This document shows, piece after piece, positions 42,691 to 45,165 of a DNA stretch of 45,165 bases. The notes below the pieces were generated by a model. The model made no database searches, was not told the DNA's origin, and saw nothing but the letters and a program-made list of their open reading frames with translations. Made by a program: the position numbers and the translations under genes. Where the stretch lies: IMG/VR virus record IMGVR_UViG_3300037126_000044, positions 1 to 45,165 of that record; one strand, 5' to 3'. Source of the stretch: a virus. How positions within the stretch are numbered: position 1 is the first letter of the stretch; each line of letters opens with the position of its first letter.

Positions 42691-43090
42691 CAAATCGAAG
42701 ATAATAACGATATGCGGTTCTTCTCGTTTCATACAGATTATGGCGGTTATAGGCTGGCTGCTGGAAAAACGCGAGCATGCGATTGTATGCTCACTTCATT
42801 TGCTTCCATGGTGGTATGAAACGAACGTACCAGATCATCTCGCAGAGCATGAAGGCGTGGCCGAAGAAATGGACAGCCTACACCTCAGAAAGATAGATAT
42901 ATCTGACGAGATATTCGTTGTAGATTTTAATTGTTATATTGGCGATTCAACCAGAAACGAAATTGAATACGCTACCAAATTAGGGAAAACTGTCCGCTAT
43001 TTGACGTGCGAATCAGAACTTTACAATGAAATAGTGTCAATGCTTGCAAGCATTGACACTAAAACGCTGAAAGATGACGACAATGACTGA
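42683..43090 (+). CDS. nucleoside 2-deoxyribosyltransferase-like fold protein (135 aa)
   Basis: IITICGSSRF ... YIGDSTRNEIEYATKLGKTVRYL resembles the Rossmann-like NDT/DUF4406 pattern (from memory). Confidence 0.35.
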   Translation: MADKSKIITICGSSRFIQIMAVIGWLLEKREHAIVCSLHLLPWWYETNVPDHLAEHEGVAEEMDSLHLRKIDISDEIFVVDFNCYIGDSTRNEIEYATKLGKTVRYLTCESELYNEIVSMLASIDTKTLKDDDND

Positions 43091-43127
43091 CAAATCAAAG
43101 CCTGCACCCAAGATCTAGAGAGGAACA

Positions 43128-44090
43128 ATGCAGTCAACAAAAATCGAATATTTAACTCATACATGGAACCCTTTCGCGATGAGATGCACGCCAGTGAGCG
43201 AAGGATGCGCGAACTGTTGGCACCTCAAAATGGCGAATCGACTTCGTGGGTATTACAGAAATATGCCAGCAGAGAGAACAAACTGTTATGCAAAGTTTCA
43301 GGCATACAGGAGCGGAGATCCATGGCTGAACACAAAGGAACTGGCCGCACCGTTCTCGGTAAAAAAGCCCGCTGTCATCGGGGTTCAGTTCATGGGGGAC
43401 CTGTTCCACGAATCGCTCACAGACGAGCAGATCGCGGCCGTGTTCGGCGTTATGGCGGCTACACCGCAACATCAGTATGTGATTTTGACGAAGCGGCTAC
43501 AGCGGGCGATGGATTGGTTTGAGTGGATCAGTGACTTTGCTTTTGACAATGAGTGGTACGACGAGGATAATGTTCCGATTGAGATCAGTGAGTCGGAGGC
43601 GTGCATCCTCGAGTTGATGAGCCACGAGCCGGATATCGACGGTCTGCGCGCGCCATATCCGCGAGAGGGCCCTAAGTGGCCCCTACCAAACGCCATCATG
43701 TGCGCCAGCGTGGAGAATCAGAAGGCGGCGGATGAGCGCATACCGTTATTGCTTCAGATACCGGCGAAATGGCGCGGAGTGAGTGTCGAACCGATGTTGG
43801 GGCCAGTTAGACTTGATGATATAGTCGAGTATGGCGATGAAACTGAATGGCATGCAAACGCTCTAGAATGTGATGTAGACCCTGAGGATGATGAGGTATG
43901 GAAAGGCGCGACGCTTGACCTAGTAATCTGTGGTTCCGAGACCGGACCTGGCAAGCGGCCGTTCAAGGACGAGTGGGCGCTGGATCTTCGAGATCAGTGT
44001 CGTATGGCTGGCACTCCATTCTTTTTCAAAAAAGACGGAAACGGAAATGGGACGCTCTGCGATTTCGAATACCATGAGTGGGTGAAGTAA
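43128..44090 (+). CDS. phage Gp37/Gp68 family protein (DUF5131)
   Basis: The N-terminal IEYLTHTWNPFAMRCTPVSEGCANCWHLKMANRL is the family signature (W-NP...GC...S.GC.NC). Confidence 0.75.
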   Translation: MQSTKIEYLTHTWNPFAMRCTPVSEGCANCWHLKMANRLRGYYRNMPAERTNCYAKFQAYRSGDPWLNTKELAAPFSVKKPAVIGVQFMGDLFHESLTDEQIAAVFGVMAATPQHQYVILTKRLQRAMDWFEWISDFAFDNEWYDEDNVPIEISESEACILELMSHEPDIDGLRAPYPREGPKWPLPNAIMCASVENQKAADERIPLLLQIPAKWRGVSVEPMLGPVRLDDIVEYGDETEWHANALECDVDPEDDEVWKGATLDLVICGSETGPGKRPFKDEWALDLRDQCRMAGTPFFFKKDGNGNGTLCDFEYHEWVK

Positions 44091-44225
44091 TGGAAGATTA
44101 TTGTGACATTTGTAGATGGCGATACACGAGATATTGCTGGCTGCTTGGTTGTGTTTACAGTTAAGTGGCCGACTGAATAACAAATCTTTGCGGTGTCGAA
44201 TATCATGAGTGGCCGAAGGATTGAG

Positions 44226-44594
44226 ATGGAAAAAATAAATTGGGAAAAATACAGAATACGTAGATGCAAATCAAGATATATTTGCAAAATATGCGGTAAT
44301 TTAATTTCCAAAGGCGAAAAATATTATAATACCGGTATGAAGCAAGCGCATACATCATGCGTTGAGTTTCTTGATTACGATGATTCAGACATTGATTCAA
44401 AATCAAATTTAGAGCAAGAGGAATTATTCAAAAAAAATTTCAAGCCTTCCACAAAATCGTGCTACAATGGACCGCGCGGATTTGTCCACGTGTTTGAAAG
44501 TGGTTCTTACACATGTAATTACGGAGAGAGAACTTGTCAACCAATGGAAGGAAAATATGTAGGCAATAGCTTTTTGTATGGTAATATGAAGTAG
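44226..44594 (+). CDS. Cys-rich hypothetical protein (122 aa)
   Basis: AAGGA 6 nt upstream of ATG 44226; contains CKSRYICKICG and C-rich distal motifs. Confidence 0.5.
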   Translation: MEKINWEKYRIRRCKSRYICKICGNLISKGEKYYNTGMKQAHTSCVEFLDYDDSDIDSKSNLEQEELFKKNFKPSTKSCYNGPRGFVHVFESGSYTCNYGERTCQPMEGKYVGNSFLYGNMK

Positions 44595-44603
44595 AATAAA
44601 ACA

Positions 44604-44627
44604 AACATGGGCCTACCCCCATGTTTT
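44604..44627 (+). terminator. Weak hairpin after the last early gene
   Basis: aacatggg / cccatgtt stem with a 6-nt loop. Only a short T-run follows, partly inside the stem. Confidence 0.35.
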
Positions 44628-44664
44628 ACCATAGTTCTCAATGGTGAGACTACGGTCTGTTCTG

Positions 44665-44743
44665 GCGCCATGTCTGAATTTGCCAGAGAATATAAAGACT
44701 ACTGAGGTTTTAATCATAAACTGTCCAGGCATGGCGCTTTTTT
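44665..44743 (+). terminator. Long-range stem plus T6; probable terminator of the rightward early operon
   Basis: gcgccatgtctg (44665-44676) pairs with caggcatggcgc (44726-44737) with one G-U pair, followed by tttttt. Confidence 0.5.
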
Positions 44744-44771
44744 AGAAATTAAATGAAATGAAATAAAGACA

Positions 44772-45165
44772 ATGAATAAAGACAATAAAATTGAAGAGTA
44801 TCGTGATAGGTATTTCAGACAGGCGGTGTCTACTGAACCTGCAGATCGGCCTCGAGCCGAGGCTGCAGCGCGCAAAATGGCGGAGATCGCAGATGTAGAA
44901 ATAAACTCGGTAAAATGGATCAATTCGCCAAAACAAGGGGCCTCGCTCAGGGACTCGCTCAGGGACTCGCTCAGGGCCTCGCTCAGGGACTCGATTTGGG
45001 ACTCGCTCAGGGACTCGCTCAGGGACTCGATTTGGGAATCGCTCTGGGGCTCGCTCAGTGACTCGCTCTGGGAATCGCTCAGGGTCTCGCTCGGGGGTTC
45101 GCTCAGTGACTCGCTCTGGAAATCGATCAAGAACTCGATCAGGGATTCGCTTTGGGACACTGGAT
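44772..45165 (+). CDS. N-terminal part of tetrapeptide-repeat protein copy A (continues at base 128)
   Basis: ATG 44772 opens MNKDNKIEEYRDRYFRQAVSTEPADRPRAEAAARKMAEIADVEINSVKWINSPKQGA, followed by 18 S-L/I-x-x repeats. The N-terminal domain is near-identical to that of 1951..2553. Confidence 0.8.
   Translation, partial: MNKDNKIEEYRDRYFRQAVSTEPADRPRAEAAARKMAEIADVEINSVKWINSPKQGASLRDSLRDSLRASLRDSIWDSLRDSLRDSIWESLWGSLSDSLWESLRVSLGGSLSDSLWKSIKNSIRDSLWDTG
44943..45158 (+). repeat. Tandem array of 18 x 12 nt inside repeat-protein copy A
   Basis: 216 nt counted in frame (SLRD SLRD SLRA SLRD SIWD ... SLWD). Its last 120 nt are duplicated at window bases 1-120. Confidence 0.9.
45039..45165. repeat. 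Terminal overlap, second copy of 1-127
   Basis: 127/127 identity with the window start, read by eye. Confidence 0.9.

Overview
This window is a complete tailed dsDNA phage genome of about 45.0 kb, written with a 127-nt terminal overlap (1-127 is identical to 45039-45165), so the unique length is 45038 bp. All calls come from reading the sequence and the ORF track by eye, and family names come from motif memory; no search was run.

Gene order on the + strand:
- 44772 through the junction to 4392: small early or accessory genes. These include two paralogous proteins built on 12-nt (tetrapeptide S-L-x-D) tandem repeats and a P22-type antirepressor.
- 4402: a sigma70-like promoter.
- 4609-7917: packaging module with a ParB-like nuclease domain protein, an ABC-type ATPase and a GNAT domain separated only by an A9 run, a candidate small terminase, and TerL.
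- 8222-17281: portal, scaffold, capsid and head-tail genes, interrupted by AT-richer inserts.
- 17294-29804: contractile-tail module with sheath, tube, terminator, frameshifted chaperone pair, 1057-aa tape measure, V/W/J/I-type baseplate and fibre.

On the minus strand, 29814-33303 is an accessory cassette of small genes. A 55-nt GC-rich double-hairpin element recurs in its gene junctions, and I rate this the most unusual feature.

A divergent control region at 33304-33612 carries two palindromic operators 21 bp apart and a leader terminator. It opens a + strand early operon (33613-44594) encoding a PD-(D/E)XK exonuclease, an ERF-type annealing protein, a replication initiator with internal iteron-like repeats, a RuvC-like resolvase and a Gp37/Gp68 (DUF5131) protein.

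I saw no integrase, CI-type repressor, endolysin, tRNA, CRISPR array or reverse transcriptase.
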